Below are positions 28,148 through 35,363 of a stretch of 64,000 nt of DNA, one piece after another. Under the pieces are notes generated by a model. It was not told the DNA's origin and did not search any database. It saw nothing but the letters and a program-made list of their open reading frames with translations. The stretch's first letter is position 1. Every line of letters starts with the position of its first letter. The stretch is from Escherichia coli. Its GTDB lineage: Bacteria; Pseudomonadota; Gammaproteobacteria; Enterobacterales; Enterobacteriaceae. The position numbers were made by a program, and so were the translations under genes. The stretch lies in NCBI GenBank assembly GCA_902500125.1, contig GCA_902500125.1_4132.1; one strand, written 5' to 3'.

Positions 28148-28347
28148 ATATCGAACAGTACTACATCGATGCACTACCAACAAAAGGTCTACGTGAAAGC
28201 CTACTGCATACACAAACTAATTTCAAACACCTCAAACGTAGCCCTAAACTCCTGAACTCGTACAGGAATAATAACATAAGAAATGCTTTACAAGGGGTAG
28301 AATGTATGCAATACTATTACATCCTTACCCTATTAATCGAGTACTAA
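28144..28347 (+). CDS. family A small protein (67 aa)
   Basis: ATGA overlap; MNIEQYYIDALP...LTLLIEY. Confidence 0.65.
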   Translation: MNIEQYYIDALPTKGLRESLLHTQTNFKHLKRSPKLLNSYRNNNIRNALQGVECMQYYYILTLLIEY

Positions 28348-28348
28348 T

Positions 28349-28558
28349 ATGAATACTGAACATAAAGAATTCTACACCAAATACCTTAGCAACGAAGAAC
28401 AATTGTTTCTAAGGAGTGTATCACCTGTAAGTACCAATACTCAATTCGGTAGAGATTGCTTTAATAATTGTATACGTAGTACTCTAGAAGCAATCGAATG
28501 CAATAACAAAAATATTATGTACTCAGGTTTAATAGGACTAATATATTTCTATGAATAA
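28349..28558 (+). CDS. family A small protein (69 aa)
   Basis: TAAtATG junction; MNTEHKEFYTKYLS...IGLIYFYE; close paralog of 31333. Confidence 0.65.
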   Translation: MNTEHKEFYTKYLSNEEQLFLRSVSPVSTNTQFGRDCFNNCIRSTLEAIECNNKNIMYSGLIGLIYFYE

Positions 28559-28745
28559 TCATAAAGATTTCTATTGTAGTAAACTACCCAAACAAGAACA
28601 GCTATCATTCTCTTTAGCACCACCTATGAGAAAGGATAATCTGTATTATAATTACGATTTCAGGATGGTGACACGTTATGCAATAGAACATCAATTTCCT
28701 GAAACTAAGTACTTATCTATCATGAACATCATCTTTAAGTTCTAA
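28551..28745 (+). CDS. family A small protein (64 aa)
   Basis: 8-nt overlap; MNNHKDFYCSKLP...; close paralog of 31535. Confidence 0.65.
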   Translation: MNNHKDFYCSKLPKQEQLSFSLAPPMRKDNLYYNYDFRMVTRYAIEHQFPETKYLSIMNIIFKF

Positions 28746-28756
28746 AAGAGTACTAT

Positions 28757-28969
28757 ATGAAAACTATGAACATTCATCAGTACTACTTGGATATTCTCCC
28801 TAAAGATGTACAGTTCATCCTTAAACAAGAATACAGTACTTTAAAAAACCTTAAAAGAACCGCACCGAATGTATTAATCCTGCACCAAGAAAATGTAGTT
28901 GATAATATTCTACAAGGTGTACCAGGAACCGAGTACTTTAACATAATAAGGCTAATTACATTACCATGA
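28757..28969 (+). CDS. family A small protein (70 aa)
   Basis: M(KTM)NIHQYYLDILP...; family alignment would favour ATG 28766. Confidence 0.6.
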   Translation: MKTMNIHQYYLDILPKDVQFILKQEYSTLKNLKRTAPNVLILHQENVVDNILQGVPGTEYFNIIRLITLP

Positions 28970-29151
28970 ATCATATATTATACTATTACCAAAATCTATC
29001 CGACAGGGACAAGTACACCCACAACTCCCATGTATGGTACTACAAACGCGGTAGTATAAGGGACAAACAACATTACTTCAGTACTGCTATAAAAGAAACA
29101 CTAACAACTAAGTACACGTACAGAGCAGTACTGAAACTTATTGATATGTAA
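28966..29151 (+). CDS. family A small protein (61 aa)
   Basis: ATGA overlap; MNHILYYYQNLS...AVLKLIDM. Confidence 0.6.
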   Translation: MNHILYYYQNLSDRDKYTHNSHVWYYKRGSIRDKQHYFSTAIKETLTTKYTYRAVLKLIDM

Positions 29152-29161
29152 AGAGAATACT

Positions 29162-29347
29162 ATGAATACATTTGAGTACTATACAAATAAACTATCTATG
29201 CCAGAAAGATCTCATCTCTATGTGTGGAGAAATGCGTATAAAAGCGGCAATAAACTTATACAAAGAAATTCCCTTACAGTGTGTACAAATTTAATTAAAG
29301 CAGAGTACCGCACATATATTGAAGTACTGAAACTAATCTCTATCTAA
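29162..29347 (+). CDS. family A small protein (61 aa)
   Basis: ORF-track TTG 29141 trimmed to ATG 29162 (AAGAGA upstream); MNTFEYYTNKLS...EVLKLISI. Confidence 0.6.
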   Translation: MNTFEYYTNKLSMPERSHLYVWRNAYKSGNKLIQRNSLTVCTNLIKAEYRTYIEVLKLISI

Positions 29348-29355
29348 GGTACTCT

Positions 29356-29535
29356 ATGCAAGAATTCTATATCTATAAACTTCAGCACAAAGATAGATAC
29401 AACTATAATAAATTCCAAAGGTACTACACAGTCGGGAACAAAAGAGATAAAAAACGATACTTTCTATCATGTACAGTAGAAGCACAAAACGAAAAGTACA
29501 CGTACAGAGAAGTACTGAAACTCATCTCTATGTAA
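29356..29535 (+). CDS. family A small protein (59 aa)
   Basis: Not in ORF track (<60 aa); MQEFYIYKLQ...EVLKLISM. Confidence 0.55.
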   Translation: MQEFYIYKLQHKDRYNYNKFQRYYTVGNKRDKKRYFLSCTVEAQNEKYTYREVLKLISM

Positions 29536-29543
29536 GGAATAAT

Positions 29544-29723
29544 ATGCAAGAATACTATATAGAACACATAAACATTAAAGACCGTTTCATGTACGACACC
29601 TTCGTGAAGTACTACAACCTGGCAACTAACAGTACTAAAAATATTAATCTCAATAGCTGCATTCATCACGCACTAACAAAAGATAATCCCTTCAGGGAAA
29701 TCCTCGCACTAGCATCTGTATAA
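29544..29723 (+). CDS. family A small protein (59 aa)
   Basis: ORF 29469 trimmed to ATG 29544 (AAGGA upstream); MQEYYIEHIN...EILALASV. Confidence 0.55.
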   Translation: MQEYYIEHINIKDRFMYDTFVKYYNLATNSTKNINLNSCIHHALTKDNPFREILALASV

Positions 29724-29733
29724 AGGAAACCAA

Positions 29734-30393
29734 ATGAAACTTAATGCACACAGCAAACAATACCTTAAGCACTTTAAGTACCTCAACAGTATTCAAGCAG
29801 AATCTATTACATCTGCATATACGTATCACCCTAATGTACTAAAGAAACGAAATAAAAAGAAAAAATCCAGAAATGTTCTCGTATCTAAGAACCTCAAATC
29901 GTACTTGAAGAAAAATAATATAGCTCTTGCTTTTATTAATATCTATCATACTGATTTAAAAGTATTGAGTACTAATACCAGCACAAAAGCACTAAAGAAT
30001 GCATCTATCTATATACACATGGATAATATCCCGTGCACTATAATTCTATCTTTCGGGAATGTATACTTCTTCGGGAATTGTAATAGCACCCATGATATCA
30101 GTACTGCACAATTCCAAATCGGCGATATGTACTGCATGGGTTCAGAAAAAATACACGATAACATGCACTTCTTCCAAAAGCAACGTACTAACGAAACTGA
30201 TACAGTACTGCAATTCCTCAAAGAACTACAAAACAAAGAATTAACACCAGAAGAAGAATTCATGTACAGTACTGTAATCGATAATCCAGAACTCTATAAA
30301 AACGCGTACAAACTAACAAAACATGTACAGGAACTTATCAGTACTGATAAGAAATTTCATAACCTCATTACGTATATTACAAACTATGTATAA
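29734..30393 (+). CDS. family C-related protein, long form with basic N-terminus (219 aa)
   Basis: AAGGA upstream; KKRNKKKKSRN N-region; TPEEEFMYSTVID resembles the EEYFQxSL motif; interrupts the family A array. Confidence 0.6.
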   Translation: MKLNAHSKQYLKHFKYLNSIQAESITSAYTYHPNVLKKRNKKKKSRNVLVSKNLKSYLKKNNIALAFINIYHTDLKVLSTNTSTKALKNASIYIHMDNIPCTIILSFGNVYFFGNCNSTHDISTAQFQIGDMYCMGSEKIHDNMHFFQKQRTNETDTVLQFLKELQNKELTPEEEFMYSTVIDNPELYKNAYKLTKHVQELISTDKKFHNLITYITNYV

Positions 30394-30571
30394 AGAATAC
30401 TACATAGAGAAACTCCCAATGTATCTCCAACACCTTCTACCAACAGAACCATTGGGTATAGAAAAAAACTACGAAAAAGACTACTTCATTCAGTGCACTA
30501 AATCCTCGATATATATTGAAGACTATAATCGAGTACTGTATCACATCCTTTTACTAATATATAGGTACTAA
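30386..30571 (+). CDS. family A small protein (61 aa)
   Basis: ORF 30323 trimmed to ATG 30386; MYKEYYIEKLP...ILLLIYRY. Confidence 0.6.
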   Translation: MYKEYYIEKLPMYLQHLLPTEPLGIEKNYEKDYFIQCTKSSIYIEDYNRVLYHILLLIYRY

Positions 30572-30572
30572 T

Positions 30573-30755
30573 ATGCACAAAGAATACTACACACAATTTC
30601 TCCCCAGCATTTTTGAACACTACGCCAGATACAAAGTCCCTATGGATAACGATTTGGCAGTACTGGGATTCAATAACTGCATAGAACGAAGTATAGAAAA
30701 TAGTAGTAGTTATGACCAGCTATATAACACTATCCTACTTATATTCAGGTACTAA
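30573..30755 (+). CDS. family A small protein (60 aa)
   Basis: TAAtATG junction; MHKEYYTQFLP...TILLIFRY. Confidence 0.65.
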   Translation: MHKEYYTQFLPSIFEHYARYKVPMDNDLAVLGFNNCIERSIENSSSYDQLYNTILLIFRY

Positions 30756-30756
30756 T

Positions 30757-30945
30757 ATGCATAAAGAATACTACACAAAATATTTCCCAATGTACCTCAG
30801 TACTAATCTATTAGATAAACCTCGCGGTATCAATGCACAAAACGATAAAGTGTACTTTACTATGTGCACTAAAGCATGTATACTAGATTTTGACAGCTAT
30901 CATCGAGTACTGTATCATACCCTGTACCTAGCTTTCGTATTCTAA
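30757..30945 (+). CDS. family A small protein (62 aa)
   Basis: ORF 30712 trimmed to ATG 30757 (TAAtATG); MHKEYYTKYFP... Confidence 0.65.
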   Translation: MHKEYYTKYFPMYLSTNLLDKPRGINAQNDKVYFTMCTKACILDFDSYHRVLYHTLYLAFVF

Positions 30946-30954
30946 AAGAACAAT

Positions 30955-31140
30955 ATGCATAAAGAATTCTACTTAAGCCATCTCGATCTAAACTCCCAAA
31001 TGCTTATACCACTAATCCCAATAGATATCAAGGATAAGAAAAATACCGAACAATTCATTTACCATACACAGTGTGCGATCACCCCAAATTACATTCCATA
31101 TGAATTGTACTACATTATCGCCCTAATATATAGGTACTAA
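30955..31140 (+). CDS. family A small protein (61 aa)
   Basis: MHKEFYLSHLD...IIALIYRY. Confidence 0.65.
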   Translation: MHKEFYLSHLDLNSQMLIPLIPIDIKDKKNTEQFIYHTQCAITPNYIPYELYYIIALIYRY

Positions 31141-31141
31141 T

Positions 31142-31327
31142 ATGCATAGAGAATACTACACACAATTTGTTAAAGGGAACTACAAACATGCCGTACCCAG
31201 AACCCCTTTAAATTCTCATGACCCAAGTACTATATTCTTGTTTAATGACGCAATACGTACAGTACTCAATACTAAAGATGAACAAGTGCAGTACGTATTC
31301 TTACTATTACTTATATACAGACACTAA
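31142..31327 (+). CDS. family A small protein (61 aa)
   Basis: TAAtATG; MHREYYTQFVK...LLLLIYRH. Confidence 0.65.
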   Translation: MHREYYTQFVKGNYKHAVPRTPLNSHDPSTIFLFNDAIRTVLNTKDEQVQYVFLLLLIYRH

Positions 31328-31332
31328 CTAAT

Positions 31333-31542
31333 ATGAATAAAGAACATAAAGAATACTACTCCAAACACCTCAGCCCCTCAGAACAAATGTTTCTAAGGAC
31401 TACTCCACCTTTAAGTACTAATACATTTTTCGGCAGAGTATGCTACAATAATTGTATTCAAATGACTTTAAACGCAAACGAAGATGGTAACAGTACTAAC
31501 CTGTACTCAGGTATCATAGGTATACTATTCCTGTATGAATAA
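31333..31542 (+). CDS. family A small protein (69 aa)
   Basis: MNKEHKEYYSKHLS...IGILFLYE. Confidence 0.65.
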   Translation: MNKEHKEYYSKHLSPSEQMFLRTTPPLSTNTFFGRVCYNNCIQMTLNANEDGNSTNLYSGIIGILFLYE

Positions 31543-31723
31543 TTACAAAGACTTCTATTTGAATACACTACCTACTGTACTTTCTCTAAGTGCTCAATGT
31601 AAAATCCCGCTGGATAATGCTTACGCCAGATATAGCTATTCCATAACTGTTAATCGATGTATAGAGAATCATTGCAGTACTAACCAGTACTATAACATAA
31701 TCCTACTTATATTCAGGTACTAA
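31535..31723 (+). CDS. family A small protein (62 aa)
   Basis: 8-nt overlap; MNNYKDFYLNTLP...IILLIFRY. Confidence 0.65.
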   Translation: MNNYKDFYLNTLPTVLSLSAQCKIPLDNAYARYSYSITVNRCIENHCSTNQYYNIILLIFRY

Positions 31724-31724
31724 T

Positions 31725-31907
31725 ATGAATAAAGAACATAAAGAATTCTATATACGAAAACTAACATTCGTCCCCGTAAGAATATATAAAGAATGCGACC
31801 CAAGATTATACCTATGGCACTTCAATGAGTGCATAAAAGATTCTATATACCATAAGAACTATAAAGAACAATTGTGCTCAGTACTAACACTAGTACTATC
31901 ATATTAA
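31725..31907 (+). CDS. family A small protein (60 aa)
   Basis: TAAtATG; MNKEHKEFYIRKLT...VLTLVLSY. Confidence 0.65.
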   Translation: MNKEHKEFYIRKLTFVPVRIYKECDPRLYLWHFNECIKDSIYHKNYKEQLCSVLTLVLSY

Positions 31908-31922
31908 TTAATAGAGAATACT

Positions 31923-32114
31923 ATGTATAAAAACTTCTATATAAGTAAACTAAAAGAAAATGAACAAGTATGGATTAGATCTATAATTCCACTGGCATTT
32001 AATAGATATGCATTTAACAGATGTACCGAGATTGCTATAGACCCTTATAATATTAAAGAGAATGTACAGTATAATCAGTACTACTATATCTTAATGCTTA
32101 TATATAGAAAGTAA
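31923..32114 (+). CDS. family A small protein (63 aa)
   Basis: AGAGAA upstream; MYKNFYISKLK...ILMLIYRK; last member. Confidence 0.65.
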   Translation: MYKNFYISKLKENEQVWIRSIIPLAFNRYAFNRCTEIAIDPYNIKENVQYNQYYYILMLIYRK

Positions 32115-32130
32115 TTAAACACATAGAGAC

Positions 32131-32222
32131 AGGGGAAGCTCCTAGTGAACAACCTTTATGTACAGGCGAATTGTTAAAATTCAGCCTGGACAAATGCGAT
32201 CACTAGGATTCTCCCCAGGCTA
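32131..32222. repeat. interleaved inverted repeats (A-B-A'-B')
   Basis: A GGGGAAGCTCCTAGTGA 32132-32148 / A' TCACTAGGATTCTCCCC 32200-32216; B AGCCTGG 32183-32189 / B' CCAGGCT 32215-32221. Confidence 0.45.
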
Positions 32223-32290
32223 AACCCCGTAATCATAGGTAGTCATAAGTAATCATATATAAACATTTATATGAGCACCGTAGAATCACA

Positions 32291-32388
32291 GAATGATTAT
32301 ATATGATTCAGTACTGATTAGTATAGACAAGATTGCTCAAGAATGCACGGAAATGTGTGTGAATGATTATATATGATTCAGTACTGAT
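32291..32388. repeat. 28-bp direct repeat pair
   Basis: GAATGATTATATATGATTCAGTACTGAT at 32291-32318 and 32361-32388. Confidence 0.8.
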
Positions 32389-32674
32389 ATGCCACTAAGT
32401 AGGCAGAGGAAGTCTGCCGTACTTTGTAGTTTCCAAGCTCCTTTTCCATTTTGCAAATTACATCAAATGTAATCAAAAGTAATCACACAATGATTAGTAC
32501 TGAATTATTACTTTCACCTTAATTACAATTACCCTTTTACCCTTCGGGGTAAAATTCCATTACCCCTTGAGGCTCCAGCAAAAAGTTGGTTAGTACTCCA
32601 TCCTAAATCTCGATCCTAAAAATTTTGGAGTACCTATGAAATAAAAGTTGGATCTTCGAAAGTTGAAATTTACG

Positions 32675-32704
32675 TTGGGACGTTTATGATTTGTGGGATA
32701 TAAT
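32675..32704 (+). promoter_or_regulatory. possible promoter (weak -35)
   Basis: TTGGGA 32675, 18 nt, TATAAT 32699; same layout as 6022-6051. Confidence 0.35.
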
Positions 32705-32762
32705 GATGTTTGTAGTCGGGTAGTTCTCAAGAATATCAGTACTGAATAATGAAAGAAAGCTA

Positions 32763-32790
32763 TTGACATTATGATTCAGTACTGTATAAT
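32763..32790 (+). promoter_or_regulatory. sigma70-like promoter with no downstream ORF
   Basis: TTGACA 32763-32768, 16 nt (CAGTACTG), TATAAT 32785-32790, GTTCTACATAGAGAG start region; no SD or ORF follows. Confidence 0.55.
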
Positions 32791-32976
32791 GTTCTACATA
32801 GAGAGATGAGTTGCCGCAAACAATTCATTCACTCTACCTCCTGTCGTGAGACAGTACTGAAAGGATAGTTCCTCCTATGGGTGGTACATCTTTTTATAAC
32901 CTCTTTTTTCGTAATATAAACAGTACTGATATTAACAGAATGGTGTCAGTACTGATTTTAATCTAAAGCATTATGC

Positions 32977-32995
32977 CACCAGCTTGTGCTGGTGG
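32977..32995. other. hairpin made of Chi and its complement
   Basis: CCACCAGC-ttgt-GCTGGTGG; + strand Chi at 32988-32995. Confidence 0.8.
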
Positions 32996-33192
32996 ATTCC
33001 CTCTAACAGTATTCAGTACTACATGATGGTCTTCATCCTCCTAGGGTAACATAGTGAGGGCTATGATGGCAGTACTGAATACTCCCTTTCAAAAGATAGA
33101 TCTATGGTATAGTACTGACGGATTTTGGGTGTAGTTACCCTGGGTGGATTTTGGACGTAGATATGTCTAGCCCTCCAGAAGTCTGGAAGTAA

Positions 33193-33328
33193 AGATGGCT
33201 ATCCATCTAGACGGCTAAACGGCTAGATTTCTGGATGGCTGGATGGCTAGATTTCTGGATGGCTGGATGGCTAGACGTTTGGACGGCTAAACGGCTAGAT
33301 GGTTACACGTCTGGAAGTATAGACGGCT
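33193..33328. repeat. iteron-like array of the octamer RRAYGGCT (10-11 copies), with 24-bp tandem unit x2
   Basis: AGATGGCT 33193, AGACGGCT 33209, AAACGGCT 33217, GGATGGCT 33233/33241/33257/33265, GGACGGCT 33281, AAACGGCT 33289, AGACGGCT 33321; flanked by GTCTGGAAGTA 33181 and 33309. Confidence 0.8.
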
Positions 33329-33489
33329 AAATCAAAATTTTATTTTGTTTTTTCCAATAGTTCCCCTACCGCGTGGGGATAGTTTCCCCGCAGTATCTGG
33401 AGTTAGATTTTTCTGAATCTGGAATCATTATCTTATAAACTGGGGGCAATGTCAACGGCCTGGACGGATATTTTTAAAAATTTTTTCAG

Positions 33490-33580
33490 TACTGAATTTT
33501 GGGCGTAACTATGCACCCGGTGGGCTTGAGTCTTTCTCGACTTGATGGAACTATTATACAGTACTGAAAAAATAAAGCAA
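33490..33580 (-). promoter_or_regulatory. U element: promoter + conserved transcribed core
   Basis: Minus strand TTGCTT (33580-33575), 16 nt, TATAAT (33558-33553), then ...ATCAAGTCGAGAAAGACTCAAGCCCACCGGGTGC (core 33525-33513). Confidence 0.45.
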
Positions 33581-33639
33581 TACCCTGGAAGCAAAAAAAT
33601 TTTAATTAATTTGCTTGCTATCCTGGGCCGGACTATGGT

Positions 33640-33702
33640 ACTATATTTCAGTACTGAGAAAGTGCGTTTGCCTGCTAGGGTGCGGGAGTGTATCCTTTTT
33701 TT
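33640..33702 (+). promoter_or_regulatory. U element, degenerate copy (core + T7)
   Basis: CTAGGGTGCGGGAGTGTATCC 33675-33695 followed by T7; no good promoter; converges on next element. Confidence 0.3.
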
Positions 33703-33711
33703 ATATCTTGA

Positions 33712-33796
33712 ATTTTGGGCGTAATTCCGCACCCCCTGGGGTTTCCGCTTTCTCGCGTCTATGTAGTAATTATACGCTTTTTCAGGATCAAGTCAA
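33712..33796 (-). promoter_or_regulatory. U element: promoter + conserved transcribed core
   Basis: Minus strand TTGACT (33796-33791), 16 nt, TATAAT (33774-33769), TACTACATAGACGCGAGAAAGCGGAAACCCCAGGGGGTGC. Confidence 0.45.
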
Positions 33797-33949
33797 TACC
33801 TAAAAACAAAATAATTGAAAATAATTTAACGCGTTTAAACGGCCCGTAAAGCCCTGGAATGATTAGAATGGTGCAAATGTATAGCTTAGGTGTATTAATG
33901 CGTTAGAATGCGTCTGAGGCCGTTTTACGGGGTATAGGGATGATTTAGT

Positions 33950-34115
33950 GGATTGATTCAGTACTGAATAATAGTACTCCTATATAGAAAGATAGTTCCC
34001 CTGGATTGATTCAGTACTGAATAATAGTACTCCTATATAGAAAGATAGTTCCCCTGGATGGTTGCAGTACTGAATGATAGTACTGAATAATAGTTCCCCT
34101 ATATAGAAAGAAAAC
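33950..34115. repeat. 53-bp tandem repeat, 2 exact copies + 1 diverged
   Basis: GGATTGATTCAGTACTGAATAATAGTACTCCTATATAGAAAGATAGTTCCCCT at 33950-34002 and 34003-34055; variant 34056-34115. Confidence 0.85.
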
Positions 34116-34142
34116 TATTTTAAAAGTATTTGTAGAAAGTAC

Positions 34143-34202
34143 TTGCAAACTAAGTTTAACGGCGTATAATGTTTTACATCGAGAGCGGGAACACTTCCCG
34201 CT
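34143..34202 (+). promoter_or_regulatory. PeSL-like cassette (early-type promoter + stem-loop)
   Basis: -35 TTGCAA 34143; -10 TATAAT 34165 + GTTTTACATC; hairpin 34184-34202; ATG 34226. Confidence 0.7.
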
Positions 34203-34225
34203 ACATATTACGAGAGATTAAAACG

Positions 34226-34588
34226 ATGGCGACTCAAATCACTAAAATTATTGCTAACCTGGTTAACTTTCGCGACGAGATGAAAGATCTTCCGGCAGAA
34301 ACGGTAAAAATTCACATTTCAGCTTATCGGGAACTTATTGCAATGTTACCGCTTAAGCGTGAACAATACGCCGCGACCGTGATGCTTGATGCGATGATCC
34401 ATAAGATGATCGCCAGTGATTTAACGATGGTTTATCAGTATATGGGCGAAAATTTCGCGGTGTATAGTAAACCAGTACCAGGAATGGAAAGTACAGAAGT
34501 ATTACACGGTTTAAATTTAAAACAAGATGCATGGGATAATATGCCTCGTTTCCTGGTATGGGCTGACAGTGGCAAGATTTACGAATAA
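34226..34588 (+). CDS. hypothetical protein (120 aa)
   Basis: ORF 34169 trimmed: its first 19 codons read through the -10 and hairpin; ATG 34226 follows GAGAGA. Confidence 0.65.
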   Translation: MATQITKIIANLVNFRDEMKDLPAETVKIHISAYRELIAMLPLKREQYAATVMLDAMIHKMIASDLTMVYQYMGENFAVYSKPVPGMESTEVLHGLNLKQDAWDNMPRFLVWADSGKIYE

Positions 34589-34602
34589 GTTTTAGAAAGT
34601 AC

Positions 34603-34661
34603 TTGCAAACTAAGTTTAAAAGCGTATAATGTTTTACATCAGGTGGGGAATAGTTCCCCAC
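34603..34661 (+). promoter_or_regulatory. PeSL-like cassette
   Basis: TTGCAA 34603; TATAAT 34625; hairpin GTGGGGAA-tag-TTCCCCAC 34643-34661; ATG 34682. Confidence 0.7.
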
Positions 34662-34681
34662 TATATAAGAGGATTAAAAAA

Positions 34682-34921
34682 ATGGCTAAATCAAAAATGT
34701 TCTTAGGTCACAAAAACAAAACTCATTGGAATGTAAGCCTTTGGATTAATAACGATGAGTCATTGTACCGGTTGGCCCAGGACTTTATTAACGATAGCAC
34801 TAATCGCAATGATGCGGCCCGTCATATGATGTTATTTTTAGAACAGACTGGACAAGATAAAACACCGGACGGATTCAAATATAGCACTACTGCGATCCGT
34901 GCGGCTATGGTTGGAATGTAA
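34682..34921 (+). CDS. hypothetical protein (79 aa), paralog of 36724..36963
   Basis: Trimmed from 34643; shared GHKNKTHWNVSLWINN..ESLYRLAQ...TPDGFKYSTTAIRAAMVGM. Confidence 0.7.
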   Translation: MAKSKMFLGHKNKTHWNVSLWINNDESLYRLAQDFINDSTNRNDAARHMMLFLEQTGQDKTPDGFKYSTTAIRAAMVGM

Positions 34922-35009
34922 TAGAATAGAATTTATTTAAAGTACTATTGCACGGGGATAGTACTTTATAATAGTGTTTTATTCATACACCAACGATAAG
35001 GGCAACAGC

Positions 35010-35276
35010 ATGAATATTAAGTATTTTGCGACGCGTGAACAAGCTCGGATCGCCGCTCGCCAGGACGGGGCAACGTTTAAAGATATGGGCGTACAATCGG
35101 AACGTGGTAAACGTTGGGCCATTGTAAAGCGTAGTACAGCCAGATCATTACAGTACTGGTTAGCGGCGTTAAAAAGTCCCGATAGTGTATCGCGTCGAGT
35201 GGTAGAAATAAAGCTCGACCGAAAGGGCAACCGCGTGACCGTGTACCGTACTAAAAAGATTGCAGTACTTGAATAA
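35010..35276 (+). CDS. hypothetical protein (88 aa), paralog of 46942..47337
   Basis: Trimmed from 34974; KYFATREQARIAARQDGATFKDMG...DRKGNRVTVY shared with 46942. Confidence 0.65.
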   Translation: MNIKYFATREQARIAARQDGATFKDMGVQSERGKRWAIVKRSTARSLQYWLAALKSPDSVSRRVVEIKLDRKGNRVTVYRTKKIAVLE

Positions 35277-35283
35277 AAAGTAC

Positions 35284-35342
35284 TTGCACCGTACTGATAA
35301 AAGCGTATAATGTTTTACATCGAGAGCGGGAACTCTTCCCGC
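35284..35342 (+). promoter_or_regulatory. PeSL-like cassette
   Basis: TTGCAC 35284; TATAAT 35306; hairpin 35326-35342; SD GGAG. Confidence 0.7.
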
Positions 35343-35363
35343 CTATAACCTGGAGTAATGAAA

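Noticed and set aside
27920-32114. The regular periodicity of about 190-210 bp in the family A and B regions could suggest a CRISPR array or satellite repeat.
   Set aside because: Each period is a complete ORF with a start, a stop and a conserved protein motif. There are no short identical direct repeats separated by unique spacers, and no cas genes are present.
33433-33803. ORFs 33433..33732 (-), 33542..33724 (+) and 33615..33803 (+) lie in the non-coding hub.
   Set aside because: They have no SD, they overlap one another on both strands, and they run across promoters, U-element cores and T-runs. Their composition is atypical of coding DNA here.
32115-34140. I looked for tRNA, tmRNA or other classical RNA genes in the 2-kb gap.
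   Set aside because: I could not fold any cloverleaf (no acceptor or T-arm GTTCRANYC-type signatures). This remains unverified without tRNAscan or Infernal.
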